DNA of 64,000 nt from a virus. Its lineage: Duplodnaviria; Caudoviricetes. Where the stretch lies: the IMG/VR virus record IMGVR_UViG_3300027759_000043, one strand, 5' to 3'. Positions 49,901 through 59,036 of this stretch are shown in pieces. Every line of letters starts with the position of its first letter. The first letter of the stretch is position 1. A program made the position numbers and the translations under genes. The notes below the pieces were generated by a model. It was not told where the DNA came from. It saw nothing but the letters and a program-made list of their open reading frames with translations, and made no database searches.

Positions 49901-50468
49901 GGCTTATCCATGGTTGGCACCCGCAGGTACACGTCGTGGTGTAATTGACAACGCTGATCAAATTGGTTATATCAATGGCCAAACAGGTGAGTTTGTTACA
50001 CTGGGTGTAAATCAAGCCCTGCGTGATGTGTTATATCAAAACAATATCAACCCAATTACATTTGTGCCTGGTGTGGGTATTACCAACTTTGGTAACAAAA
50101 CAACTTATGCCAATGCCACAAGTTTGGATCGCATCAACGTGGCACGTTTAGTTGTGTTTATTCGCAACAGACTCGAATCAATTGGCAAGCAGTTCTTGTT
50201 TGAGCCAAATGATCAAATCACACGTGACGAGATCAAGAATGCTGTTAACAGTCTAATGATTGACTTGGTGGCCAAGCGTGGTATCTATGACTACTTGGTT
50301 GTTTGTGATGATACCAACAACACACCAGCCAGAATTGACGCCAACGAACTATGGGTTGACATTGCAATTGAACCTGTCAAGGCAGTGGAATTTATCTATA
50401 TTCCAATTCGTCTCAAGAACACAGGCGAGATCGCAGCCGGCTCAGTGGCAGTGGCACAAGCAGTCTAA
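46983..50468 (+). CDS. gp18: Tail sheath protein (T4 gp18 family) with large insertions
   Basis: LVSPGVQVTIIDES, WLAPAGTRRG, LYQNNINPI, LDRINVARL, FEPND, VEFIYIP. Confidence 0.95.
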   Translation: MALVSPGVQVTIIDESNYLSAATNSVPYFLIATAQDKVSGSGVGVAAGTLAANANRAYLITSQRDLTATFGNPFFYKTTIGTPINGYELNEYGLLAAYSALGVTNRAYVQRCDIDLTQLTASLVRPTGEPDNGAYWLDTANTLWGIFEWNLTTGTFSNMVPTVITDTVYLTGGVPSDSYGSIGDYTVVATNTANPIYYKNGAADSDQTSSTTLQDLYNTWVLVGSNDWKLSYPTVTGANAVTADLTAGNTLVINGTSVAVPVSPNNDVAGLSAAINTAAITGVYSAVIDNKLCLFADATAQADGSTADDGVIVINSVGSTAGLITTLGLTTNDVYYAPTLQQSPSYQNPRWNSTGSTPRPTGSVWNKINSVNLGTTMVVKQYSTALAAFVQQSATVYANDWTANATLDTTGGKLISAGATYTQYNVDPEVNGGPTSNYPFNPTYTLQVFERSVAGPTVITGDDDTATFINGNAFYIMTSVANSTTLTTPVLATVNGTTPAAFVTAVSAASVPNVSASIDSNGYIVLTQTQGGVILLQNATGTPVTAAGFNTTVTGCRTVYLDTDTTVPITAASDTWLNLSNWVAATYTASATAPDQDPADGRYWYYSATNQVDIMIQSGTGWVGYQNETNDVRGNNLSLTNPTGPIISATAPTTQTDNTALVYGDIWIDTSNLELYPVINRWSVVEGVDQWVTLDNTDQTTQNGVLFADARWSSTGTVNPITGALPTITSLLTSNYLDVDAPDYTLYPTGMLLFNTRRSGFNVKSFQTDYFNATSFSYSTWSNTTQYAIGDQVLYNTTLYVAIATPPVATVPTNTSYWSELEVNSWVTASGNRNDGAPYMGRFAQRELIVAALKSGIDTSVTIREEQNQFNLTACTAYPELIPNMVALSNERNNTVFVVGDTPMRLPATGADIVSWATNNAGAGYLTGDGLTTSTPYLGVFYPSCQTVDLSGSAVVTAPSHMMVRTIIRNDEVAYPWLAPAGTRRGVIDNADQIGYINGQTGEFVTLGVNQALRDVLYQNNINPITFVPGVGITNFGNKTTYANATSLDRINVARLVVFIRNRLESIGKQFLFEPNDQITRDEIKNAVNSLMIDLVAKRGIYDYLVVCDDTNNTPARIDANELWVDIAIEPVKAVEFIYIPIRLKNTGEIAAGSVAVAQAV

Positions 50469-50485
50469 CAGGACCGCTAGACACG

Positions 50486-50515
50486 AAAATGGGGTGGCAA
50501 CACCCCATTTTTTTT
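50486..50515 (+). terminator. Rho-independent terminator
   Basis: AAAATGGGGTG-GCAA-CACCCCATTTT plus T-tract. Confidence 0.92.
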
Positions 50516-50527
50516 GATCTCAAATGA

Positions 50528-50535
50528 TATAAATA
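50528..50535 (+). promoter_or_regulatory. T4-type late promoter TATAAATA
   Basis: Perfect consensus upstream of AGGAG and ATG 50556. Confidence 0.8.
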
Positions 50536-50555
50536 ACACTATAGGAGATACTAAT

Positions 50556-51197
50556 ATGGCCGTTGCATCATTATCAAGAATGACAGTGCCCCTGGCAAGC
50601 GATCAAAGCGCAAGCAATCAGGGCTTGCTCATGCCCAAACTCAAATATCGCTTTCGAGTGGTATTTGAAAACTTTGGCGTGAGTACACCTAGAACAGAAT
50701 TGACCAAACAGGTCATGGACTTCAAACGTCCCACAGTGACCTTTGACCCCATTGTTATTCCAATCTACAACAGTGAACTAAAACTGTCGGGCAAACCGCA
50801 CTGGACAGATGTCACATGCACATTACGTGATGATGCATCGGGCGCCACCACTCGCCTGGTCGGCGAACAGGTTCAGAAACAAATGGACTTCTTGGAAATG
50901 GCTTCGGCTGCTTCGGGCATTGACTACAAGTTTACCACACGTTTTGAAGTATTGGATGGTGGCAATGGTGCCGCTACACCCAACATCCTTGAAACCTGGG
51001 AATTGTATGGTTGCTATCTAAGCAATGTTGACTATGGTGATGCCAGTTATGGCACTAATGATCCAATGACTATTGCAATGACCATTGTATACGACAATGC
51101 TAACCAGACACCTAACGGTACTGGCATTGGTACTGCAATTGCTAGAACAGTGAATGACGTTGTAACCGGCGCTGGTACTGCTCAGGCAGTCCAGTAA
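50556..51197 (+). CDS. gp19: Tail tube protein (T4 gp19 family)
   Basis: PKLKYRFRV, GKPHWTDVTCTLRDD, WELYGCY; follows the sheath gene. Confidence 0.88.
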   Translation: MAVASLSRMTVPLASDQSASNQGLLMPKLKYRFRVVFENFGVSTPRTELTKQVMDFKRPTVTFDPIVIPIYNSELKLSGKPHWTDVTCTLRDDASGATTRLVGEQVQKQMDFLEMASAASGIDYKFTTRFEVLDGGNGAATPNILETWELYGCYLSNVDYGDASYGTNDPMTIAMTIVYDNANQTPNGTGIGTAIARTVNDVVTGAGTAQAVQ

Positions 51198-51209
51198 GGA
51201 TAAAACAAT

Positions 51210-52352
51210 ATGCAATGGGGTCAGGATTTCCTGACAGGTTTTTTTGGCGCACAAGGTCTCAAAGACTACGCACACGCCAGCAAAACCTTTAGAACCAACG
51301 GATACGAACTTGCTCCCAGGAACAAGTTCTTATTTCATGTTTACTTCAATCTCAACACAAGTGAAATCCCCACACTGCGAAATGTTTTCAGTGCTAGTGA
51401 ACAGGCTGAATTGGGACTGTTGGTCAAGACCATACAACTGCCGACCTACACACTCGATACTGAAACACTAAATCAATACAACCGCAAACGAATAATACAA
51501 AAGAAAATCAACTACATGCCAGTGTCAATGACATTTCATGATGATGGTGGTGACCTAAGTCGTAACCTTTGGTACAATTATTATTCATACTACTACAAAG
51601 ATCCTAATCAACAGTACGGATCAGCCAGCAGTCAAAACGGCACCAATGGCCAGGTGGCTAATGAACCGGGATTTTCCTACAACTCCAGAGATATCTATGC
51701 CAACAATCGTTCAGTCAACGACTGGGGCTACATCGGTGAAGGGTACAGTCAGGGCAATGCTGGAGGGTCAGGTGGAGGGTCAGGTGGAGATCAGACTTCG
51801 GGCAAGCCGCCCTTCTTTAGAGATATCACTATCTATGGAATGGATCAACACAAGTGGGCTAGTTATGTGTTGATTAATCCTCTTGTGAAAGAATGGAAAC
51901 ATGATCAATACAACTACAGCGAAGGTGGCGGCATTATGGAAAATGCTATGACTGTGGAATATGAAACTGTAAAATACTATACTGGTGCTATCGGAGGATC
52001 AAGATCTGACACCAACGTCAAAGGCTTTGCTGATCCAGCGCACTACGACAACGTTAGATCAAGTCTGGCAAGACCTGGCAGCACAAGAACTGTATTGGGG
52101 CAAGGCGGCTTGTTGGATGCTGGCATTGGTATTGTGCGAGATTTACAAACTGACAGTTTTGATCCGATTGGCGCAGTACAAAAAGCAGGCACAGTTTACA
52201 ATACATTTAAAGGTGCCAACATCAAGAGTGTGGTCAATGAAGAAGCCAATGCGGCGGTCAAGGCCGTGGTGCGCAACAGCATTCCGGGTGCAGTAAGACA
52301 ACAACAAGGTGGATCAGGAGGCTTTGTGTTTCCTAGATCGCCAGGAGCATAA
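51210..52352 (+). CDS. Tail-tube paralogue / baseplate tube initiator (gp48/gp54-like)
   Basis: LVKTIQLP, NQYNRKR, PVSMTFHDD, MTVEYE tube-fold pattern plus C-terminal extension. Confidence 0.7.
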   Translation: MQWGQDFLTGFFGAQGLKDYAHASKTFRTNGYELAPRNKFLFHVYFNLNTSEIPTLRNVFSASEQAELGLLVKTIQLPTYTLDTETLNQYNRKRIIQKKINYMPVSMTFHDDGGDLSRNLWYNYYSYYYKDPNQQYGSASSQNGTNGQVANEPGFSYNSRDIYANNRSVNDWGYIGEGYSQGNAGGSGGGSGGDQTSGKPPFFRDITIYGMDQHKWASYVLINPLVKEWKHDQYNYSEGGGIMENAMTVEYETVKYYTGAIGGSRSDTNVKGFADPAHYDNVRSSLARPGSTRTVLGQGGLLDAGIGIVRDLQTDSFDPIGAVQKAGTVYNTFKGANIKSVVNEEANAAVKAVVRNSIPGAVRQQQGGSGGFVFPRSPGA

Positions 52353-52354
52353 TC

Positions 52355-52717
52355 ATGGGCGGCTCAGTTAACAATCCCAACTCAAACAATGACTTGACTG
52401 TTAGAATCTTTGACGGTTTCTACAGTTACGAACAATTTGTGAGTGCAGAAGAATATGATGTTGTGTACAGTTATCTCAAGAGCGTGTTTACAACAGATGC
52501 GGCTGCTGGCAACTTCACTGTGGCTTTGTTTAGAATTGCCGATGAAACACGCACTCCAGTATTGACAGTTTTACAAAGTATCCAAGGACAAGACTCAATC
52601 ACACTCACACAAACCTTGTGCTACTATCTCAACAGCATGCGAAGCGGTAGCACCCTGTTGGGCTTTGGTGCCACAGTCACACCCAACTACTATACCGCAA
52701 GGAATGTGTTGGCATGA
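52355..52717 (+). CDS. Hypothetical protein
   Basis: 120-aa ORF coupled to the next gene by ATGA. Confidence 0.75.
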   Translation: MGGSVNNPNSNNDLTVRIFDGFYSYEQFVSAEEYDVVYSYLKSVFTTDAAAGNFTVALFRIADETRTPVLTVLQSIQGQDSITLTQTLCYYLNSMRSGSTLLGFGATVTPNYYTARNVLA

Positions 52718-53145
52718 GTCGCTGGGCCAATGGCACTTACACACTTACTAATCCAGCCAAGTATGTGGGCAAGGGTGTGCCTAGATACAGATCCGGATGG
52801 GAGCATGCTTTTTTTAAATTCTGCGACTCAAATGATGCTGTGCTACAGTGGGCCAGTGAAAGCATAGCCATACCCTATCGTAATCCCATCACAGGCAAAC
52901 AGAGCCAATACATACCCGACATCTTGATGACCTATCGCACTAGAGGTAATCAAGTGCGAGCAGAGTTGATAGAAATCAAACCCAAAAAGCAAAGCGTGAT
53001 TGAATCCAAAATGTCAGCCCGTGACCGTGCGGTAGTAGCAATCAACTACGCCAAATGGGACGCCGCAACCAAATGGGCAAAACGAAACGGGCTCTTGTTC
53101 CGGGTGATCACTGAAGATCAAATGTTCAAGAACGGTAGCAAATAG
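52714..53145 (+). CDS. gp4: Head completion nuclease (T4 gp4 / TnsA N-terminal-like)
   Basis: YRSGWE, WASESIAIPY, YIPD, LIEIKP PD-(D/E)xK motif. Confidence 0.9.
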   Translation: MSRWANGTYTLTNPAKYVGKGVPRYRSGWEHAFFKFCDSNDAVLQWASESIAIPYRNPITGKQSQYIPDILMTYRTRGNQVRAELIEIKPKKQSVIESKMSARDRAVVAINYAKWDAATKWAKRNGLLFRVITEDQMFKNGSK

Positions 53146-53176
53146 CCTACACCGTTGAGTTTGCGGTAAATATGGC

Positions 53177-53662
53177 ATGACCCGCAAACTAGAAGAACTT
53201 TTTGATTTACCCCCAAACGACAGCCCTGAGCCAGAGTCTGTTTCTTCTATTGAAGAAACACGCACCTACATTGCTGAAATAGACCATGCACTTGACAAGA
53301 TAGATGCGGCCCTACCGGGTGTGCGTGATCTCAGTGCCAGCGACGTTGAGATGGATGATTTGGCAGCCAAAGCAACCAAGAGTTTTGATGACCTAATGGA
53401 TTTAGGTTTTAACGTAGATTCAAGATTTGCCGCAGAAATCTTTGGCGTAGCCGGCACAATGTTGGGCCATGCACTCACAGCCAAGACAGCCAAACTGAAC
53501 AAAAAACTAAAAGTGATTGATCTACAGTTGAAAAAAGCACGACTGGATCAACAAAACCCTGACGATGCACCCACACAGACAGGCCAAGGCCATGTGCTGG
53601 ACCGCAACGAAATCTTGGAACGCTTGATTGGTGATAGAAGAACAATCGTGAAAAAAGAATAA
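53177..53662 (+). CDS. Possible small terminase subunit (gp16-like)
   Basis: 161 aa, helical core and short C-terminal beta/helix tail as in gp16; late promoter; positional and pattern inference only. Confidence 0.45.
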   Translation: MTRKLEELFDLPPNDSPEPESVSSIEETRTYIAEIDHALDKIDAALPGVRDLSASDVEMDDLAAKATKSFDDLMDLGFNVDSRFAAEIFGVAGTMLGHALTAKTAKLNKKLKVIDLQLKKARLDQQNPDDAPTQTGQGHVLDRNEILERLIGDRRTIVKKE

Positions 53663-53682
53663 ATATCATATAGGACCTTAAC

Positions 53683-54291
53683 ATGAAGACATTTCATCAA
53701 TATCTCGCAGAATCTGAGCGCACATACGACTACCGGATCAAAATCCTAGGTGACGTACCGCAGGAATTCATCAAAAATCTCGAAGAAAAAATGGCGCAGT
53801 TTGACATTGTCAAACTTAGTCGTCCTAAAACTACACCTGTGCAAAAGTTGCAAAAAGACTTTCCAGGCGCAGAAAATCAAAGCGTGACTTTTATGGACGT
53901 GAGTTTTAGATACCCTGCTATCGAACCACAGATCAAGCAGTTGGCACAGTTGTTGGGACTCAATCCCAACTTCATCACTTTGCAAACACAGTCGTATGAT
54001 GACAGCATTGCCAAAGAGATTGCTGACATCACAGCACAAAACACGGACCTGATTGCTGACACTGATTATCCCACACCTGATGCAGAACAGCGAGCATTGA
54101 GCCAAGACTACTCGGCCAATCCCTATCAACATGCAGTATTAAAGAACGAATATCGTTCAGACTTTACTGTGGCCGGCGGCAAGACACCTCCAGCAAAAAC
54201 CACAAATGATATTCCAACACAGGACAAGAGCCCGTTCAATAATATCAAGCGTCAACCCCGCCCAGCAACTGGTGCCAACCCAAGAGGATAA
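53683..54291 (+). CDS. Putative internal head protein
   Basis: N-terminus MKTFHQYLAES resembles the T4 capsid-targeting sequence MKTYQEFIAE. Confidence 0.65.
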   Translation: MKTFHQYLAESERTYDYRIKILGDVPQEFIKNLEEKMAQFDIVKLSRPKTTPVQKLQKDFPGAENQSVTFMDVSFRYPAIEPQIKQLAQLLGLNPNFITLQTQSYDDSIAKEIADITAQNTDLIADTDYPTPDAEQRALSQDYSANPYQHAVLKNEYRSDFTVAGGKTPPAKTTNDIPTQDKSPFNNIKRQPRPATGANPRG

Positions 54292-54295
54292 TAAC

Positions 54296-56500
54296 ATGAC
54301 ATTTTTTTACGACTTAAACAAACGCATGGCTGAACTGAGCCAAAAACAAACTCTTGCAGAGCATGCAGTATCTGATCCTCAGCCTACTAAGAAGAGTCCA
54401 ATGACACAAGCACTCAATGAAAGCGCAGTTGCTGAAGCCAGTTATAGTGCCAAGGCTGCTCGTGCTGGTAAAGACATTGGTAAGCCAGGCAAGAACTTCA
54501 GTAAGATTGCTGCCGATGCAGGCAAGCGTTATGGTTCAAAAGCCGCAGGCGAGCGTGTGGCAGGTGCAGTATTAAACAAACTGCGTCATCCTAAAGAAGA
54601 TGTTGAAGAAAGTGCATTACAGGCTTACCTTGGCGACAAAAAGTACGGTAAAGAAGGCATGAAGGCATTGCAACAAGCAGGCCGTGAGCATGCTGGCAAA
54701 GAAAAAATGAACCAGATTCGTAATCGCTATGACAAGATGGACGAGGCCGACATGGAAGAAGGTGGCATTCCAATGACAGCCAAGCAAAAATCATTTGCTG
54801 CCTTGGCACCTCCCAAAGACAAGATTACATTTGCCGACAAGATTGCCGGCGCCAAACAAGAAGTTGAAGAAATGTTGGGTGACGTGGCAGCCGAAGCCAT
54901 CAAGAGCGCACTGAGTCCCAAGCAAAAGAAACTTGACCGTAACAACAACGGCAAATTAGATGCACAAGACTTTGAGATGCTACGTCGAGGTGCCAAACAA
55001 GAAACTGACGAAGGCTTTCCAACAGTAGCAGGTGCTCGTGCTGAATTGAACAAACGTAAAGTTGGCGATGTCACACATGGTGACAAGCATGACACACAAG
55101 AGATTCCAGGTGGCCGCAGAGTAACACGCCGTGTTGATCCCAACACAGGGTATTCAGTAGGTGCCGACAGTGACGCACCGGCCGGTGGTGAAAAGCGTGG
55201 ACGTGGCCGTCCCAAGTCCTCAGAAGGTCCACGTCAAGAACGTACCACAGCAAAATCACGCAAGACTGATCGTACTGCATACAGCAAAAAGAAAACCAAC
55301 GAAGATGATCTTGAGATCACTGATCGTGGCGAGTATGATCAAGAAGGCGAAATGGCCAAAGACAGCATCAAGACTGTGGTGCGTCATGCACAAGCCTTGG
55401 AAAAAATCCTGGGCGACAATGACAACTTGCCAGAATGGGTACAATCCAAGTTGGCCAAGATTGAAAGCATGATGACTGCTGTGGATGACTACATGCAGAA
55501 TCAAGAAGGCGACGATGAAATGGCCATGGACGAAGAAAAAACTTCTACTCGTGACAGTCGTGCTGAACGAGCCGGTCGCAAGGTAGCCAAAGACATCGAG
55601 TATGATGAAAAGAAGAAAGACGGTATCCATGGTAAAAAGCGTGGCTCTGAAGATGACCGGGCTGAACGAGCCGGCAAGAAAGTCACTAAAGACATCGAGT
55701 ATGATGAGAAAAAGAAAGAAAAGAAAGTAGATGAAACTACTACCAGTGGATCAGTTGCCACAGGTGGTGACGCTCCCAAGGCCAGCAAAGGTGGCATGCA
55801 AGTTGGCAAGGGCATTTACGACAGTTTAAATCGCCGAGTCGAAGGCATGATTGCGGAATCAATGAGTATCAACGTGAGCATGACCAAAGATGACAACGGT
55901 TCACACAAGAACATCACTGTCACAGCAGCCGATGAAGATGCAGAGGCTTTGGCACAAATGTTGCGCAGTGCTGGTCTAGGCGGTGATATGTCACACGGTC
56001 ATGAAGAGCCTTGCCCAGATTGCGGATCAACTGATTGTGGTTGCGATGAAGCAGTAGAAGAAGCCTATGGCGATACTAATGCTACACAAAATCAACCTGA
56101 TTGGCCTACTGACACTGAATACAGTGACGATGCCCTGCAATACTCAGGTGGCTTGAACAAGCCCAAGACTGACATTGCCGGTGACGGACAAACTACGATT
56201 CCTAATACTGCTGTTCACACTCAAAACGAAGATGAACTGCGCAGATTGCGTGAAATGGCTGGCATCAAGCAACAAGAACTCAAGCCATGGGAACGCACCA
56301 TGAAAGAAGCGGCAGTTGAAGAAGGTGTTGTAGACACAGTCAAAGACGTTGTGAAAAAAGGCATTGATGCGCTTAAAGGTCCTGACGATGACAAGTTGTT
56401 GTCAAAGTTAGAAAAAGAAACTGGTGGCAAGCGTCCTGAAAAGAAGGACGAGAAAATGCAAGAAAGCCTCATGCGAGAGTTTGCTAACTTCCGGATCTAA
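54296..56500 (+). CDS. Large charged modular protein, putative capsid-packaged polyprotein (734 aa)
   Basis: Start after AGAGGA SD; many hydrophobic-x-Glu sites, AT-hook KRGRGRPK, EF-hand-like DRNNNGKLDAQD, internal duplication. Confidence 0.75.
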   Translation: MTFFYDLNKRMAELSQKQTLAEHAVSDPQPTKKSPMTQALNESAVAEASYSAKAARAGKDIGKPGKNFSKIAADAGKRYGSKAAGERVAGAVLNKLRHPKEDVEESALQAYLGDKKYGKEGMKALQQAGREHAGKEKMNQIRNRYDKMDEADMEEGGIPMTAKQKSFAALAPPKDKITFADKIAGAKQEVEEMLGDVAAEAIKSALSPKQKKLDRNNNGKLDAQDFEMLRRGAKQETDEGFPTVAGARAELNKRKVGDVTHGDKHDTQEIPGGRRVTRRVDPNTGYSVGADSDAPAGGEKRGRGRPKSSEGPRQERTTAKSRKTDRTAYSKKKTNEDDLEITDRGEYDQEGEMAKDSIKTVVRHAQALEKILGDNDNLPEWVQSKLAKIESMMTAVDDYMQNQEGDDEMAMDEEKTSTRDSRAERAGRKVAKDIEYDEKKKDGIHGKKRGSEDDRAERAGKKVTKDIEYDEKKKEKKVDETTTSGSVATGGDAPKASKGGMQVGKGIYDSLNRRVEGMIAESMSINVSMTKDDNGSHKNITVTAADEDAEALAQMLRSAGLGGDMSHGHEEPCPDCGSTDCGCDEAVEEAYGDTNATQNQPDWPTDTEYSDDALQYSGGLNKPKTDIAGDGQTTIPNTAVHTQNEDELRRLREMAGIKQQELKPWERTMKEAAVEEGVVDTVKDVVKKGIDALKGPDDDKLLSKLEKETGGKRPEKKDEKMQESLMREFANFRI

Positions 56501-56501
56501 T

Positions 56502-56681
56502 ATGACACAACAGTATCAGACCTATGCAGAAACAATGTCCAGACTGGCGGAGAGACACCCGCCAGCACCAACACCTGCAGAGGTACGCAATCAACCTGCA
56601 ATGATACCCGGCGTGTTAAGTCAGACCACAAATCTGTTCCGCCCAGTGGCAGTGGCAGATCTCAATAAGGAATCGAAATAA
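56502..56681 (+). CDS. Small hypothetical protein (59 aa)
   Basis: ATG 1 nt after the upstream stop; TAATG coupling to the next gene. Confidence 0.65.
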   Translation: MTQQYQTYAETMSRLAERHPPAPTPAEVRNQPAMIPGVLSQTTNLFRPVAVADLNKESK

Positions 56682-57004
56682 TGGCTATTCAAGTTATCAA
56701 TGCAGTATCAAACGTGGCATGGACTACAGACAAGGTAGAAATTGCTACCACAACTGCCAACGTGACTTTTCAAGTTTCGGTTGTACAGTTGACCTATGTA
56801 CAAGCAAACGGTGTTCCGGCTAATGCCACAATGACCACACCCACCGGAAATCTATATGCCAACGTTATAGTGGTCCCTGGCAACACAGTGCAACAATACT
56901 ATGTTGGTGCAGGAAACTATTTGAACATAGTCACAGGCACTGGCTTCTCGGCCACAGCACTAGGCGCAGCCTCATCAGCCACGGCAGGTTCAAACGGCAT
57001 CTAA
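56681..57004 (+). CDS. Small beta-rich putative structural protein
   Basis: 107 aa, T/V/A/N-rich; AAGGA SD. Confidence 0.7.
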   Translation: MAIQVINAVSNVAWTTDKVEIATTTANVTFQVSVVQLTYVQANGVPANATMTTPTGNLYANVIVVPGNTVQQYYVGAGNYLNIVTGTGFSATALGAASSATAGSNGI

Positions 57005-57005
57005 A

Positions 57006-57392
57006 ATGAGAGCCCGTGAGTTCATAACAGAAGGCGCTGGCAAGCGTGGCGGAACAAGAGCCGCTGCCGCGCATGAATTTGAAACTGCACATCCTGGCAT
57101 AGTAGGCCCTGGCGGCAAGGGAGACGTATACTGGGGCCGGTATTATGATCATTATCGTGTGGCAACATTGGCCGGCATGGACCTTGAACAATTGGAAAAC
57201 TCAGGCGATATAAATTTCTTTGGAAACTTGCCTATCTTTAGTGCCTACACTGAACACGATCGCAAGAAACTCACTGCAATTATGAAAAAACTGGGCATGA
57301 AGCCCCGAGATTCTATCAGCAATGGCAGTCATGAACCTGACTACGTAAATCACACAAGCCCAGTTACAGCATTTAAAGGTTATGCGAGATAG
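57006..57392 (+). CDS. MRAREF-family paralogue 1
   Basis: MRAREFITE...SPVTAFKGYAR. Confidence 0.85.
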   Translation: MRAREFITEGAGKRGGTRAAAAHEFETAHPGIVGPGGKGDVYWGRYYDHYRVATLAGMDLEQLENSGDINFFGNLPIFSAYTEHDRKKLTAIMKKLGMKPRDSISNGSHEPDYVNHTSPVTAFKGYAR

Positions 57393-57394
57393 CC

Positions 57395-58273
57395 ATGTGT
57401 GTAATACTTGCCAAGTACTTTGATGGTATTGGATGGGCCGGCGCTAAAAATCGCGATCGCAACTACACCCCTGTGCTAGACTTCATTGAAGACAACAGTC
57501 ACGACGTGCAACGTATGATGATGCATGACCAAGTCACAGGCTACAAAGAAGGCATCAATAATCATGGCATTAGCATACTAAACACCAGTTTGGATGTGTA
57601 TGATGATGAACGTGAAGTTGAAGCCGGCACAGCAGAAATCAGTCCTGACGGGCAAGTGATTGCCAAGGCCCTGTTACAACACACAGTACCCGATGCTGTT
57701 CAAGTGTTATTAGACGGAAAACTAGGCGGTTGTACCATTGTGTTTGACCGGGAACAACTGTATCTAATAGAAGCCAGCGACTGGGATAGCACACGTGAAT
57801 TCAAATCGATTGTGAAAAAGATCCCGAACACAGACACAGTGGCCAGAACCAATCATGGCATCTGGATGCAGGACACAGGATATCAACGCAGGCCCAACAA
57901 CCGGAGTGAAACACTCAGTAGAATTTCAAGTGAATCAAGACTTGCACTGGCCGAAGCAGTGGTGGCCACAGCCGAAGAACCTGAGGATTTGGTAGATGGC
58001 ATGTGTCAAGTGTACTTGAAGAATCCGCAACTAAATATAATGCGGACCAGCACAGAGCAAAAGAAAATGCGCACCACTAGTCAGCAGTTATGTGTTCCAG
58101 AAGAAAAGACACTGTATTGCCGTCCTGTTAGCAGTCATTTGCAATTTGATTTCTGGGGATTGAATCAACCCAACACTGATGTATGGGTAGAGATACTGAG
58201 CAACCGCGCACTGTGGCAGAATACACAAGGTGATCCTCCTTTTGGACACATGAAATTGAAAGACGTCAAATGA
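57395..58273 (+). CDS. Ntn-hydrolase (N-terminal Cys; NRDE/TANGO2 or C45-like)
   Basis: M-C start, AKNRD, EGINNHG, ARTNHG. Confidence 0.75.
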   Translation: MCVILAKYFDGIGWAGAKNRDRNYTPVLDFIEDNSHDVQRMMMHDQVTGYKEGINNHGISILNTSLDVYDDEREVEAGTAEISPDGQVIAKALLQHTVPDAVQVLLDGKLGGCTIVFDREQLYLIEASDWDSTREFKSIVKKIPNTDTVARTNHGIWMQDTGYQRRPNNRSETLSRISSESRLALAEAVVATAEEPEDLVDGMCQVYLKNPQLNIMRTSTEQKKMRTTSQQLCVPEEKTLYCRPVSSHLQFDFWGLNQPNTDVWVEILSNRALWQNTQGDPPFGHMKLKDVK

Positions 58274-58668
58274 GAGCACGAGAGTTTGTAGCAGAAGCAA
58301 GATTTGGATCAGCCCAAGACGTTCCTGCTGACGCAAAGAAATTACCCAAAAGCCACGCTAGTGCCATCAAGGGTGCAGTCAGCATGCCTGATATATCAAT
58401 GACCAAACAAGGTGGTAGTCCCTACACACAATGGCGTTTTAGTCTGGCCATGGCAGGAGCACCAGATTTCCCCACACCAGCCGCTGGCGCATTTGCTGGC
58501 GACCCGCTGTTGGCAACTTACACAGACGTTGAAATGGACATCATTAATGCCGCTGCCAAGAGTGTTGGTGCCGGAAGAGTTAACAAACTAACTGACAATC
58601 GTAGTACAGAAGCAGACTATGTGCAAAAAACAAGTCCAGTAAAAGGATTCCGAGGATATCCCCGATGA
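58270..58668 (+). CDS. MRAREF-family paralogue 2
   Basis: MRAREFVAE...SPVKGFRGYPR. Confidence 0.85.
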   Translation: MRAREFVAEARFGSAQDVPADAKKLPKSHASAIKGAVSMPDISMTKQGGSPYTQWRFSLAMAGAPDFPTPAAGAFAGDPLLATYTDVEMDIINAAAKSVGAGRVNKLTDNRSTEADYVQKTSPVKGFRGYPR

Positions 58669-59036
58669 GAGCCAGAGAATTTCTTAAAGAACACGATGGA
58701 ACCATCAGCGACAATTTCCGTTATGCCACAGTGGGACTGAACACCTTTGGTGATGGCGAGCACATCAGTGGGGATTATACATCATACAGGCTCATGATGG
58801 CCACTGCCATGGCTGACGGCACCAACAAGCCACTGGATCTTGATGCCAAGAGTTGGCACGGCAAAAGAAAAACAGCGCACCCTTACACTCAAGCGGAACA
58901 AAACATGTTGAAACAGGCCTACAAGGCAGTGGGCGCAGAGTGGCAAGATCTAAATCATGGCGACTTGGAGAGCCAAGAACCACCAGGCGGCAATGCCAAA
59001 AGCCCTATCGAACCATTTAAAGGGTATCCCAGATGA
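58665..59036 (+). CDS. MRAREF-family paralogue 3
   Basis: MRAREFLKE...SPIEPFKGYPR. Confidence 0.85.
   Translation: MRAREFLKEHDGTISDNFRYATVGLNTFGDGEHISGDYTSYRLMMATAMADGTNKPLDLDAKSWHGKRKTAHPYTQAEQNMLKQAYKAVGAEWQDLNHGDLESQEPPGGNAKSPIEPFKGYPR

Noticed and set aside
51762-51789. GGAGGGTCAGGT tandem repeat
   Set aside because: Two copies encoding a Gly-Ser linker; ordinary slippage duplication
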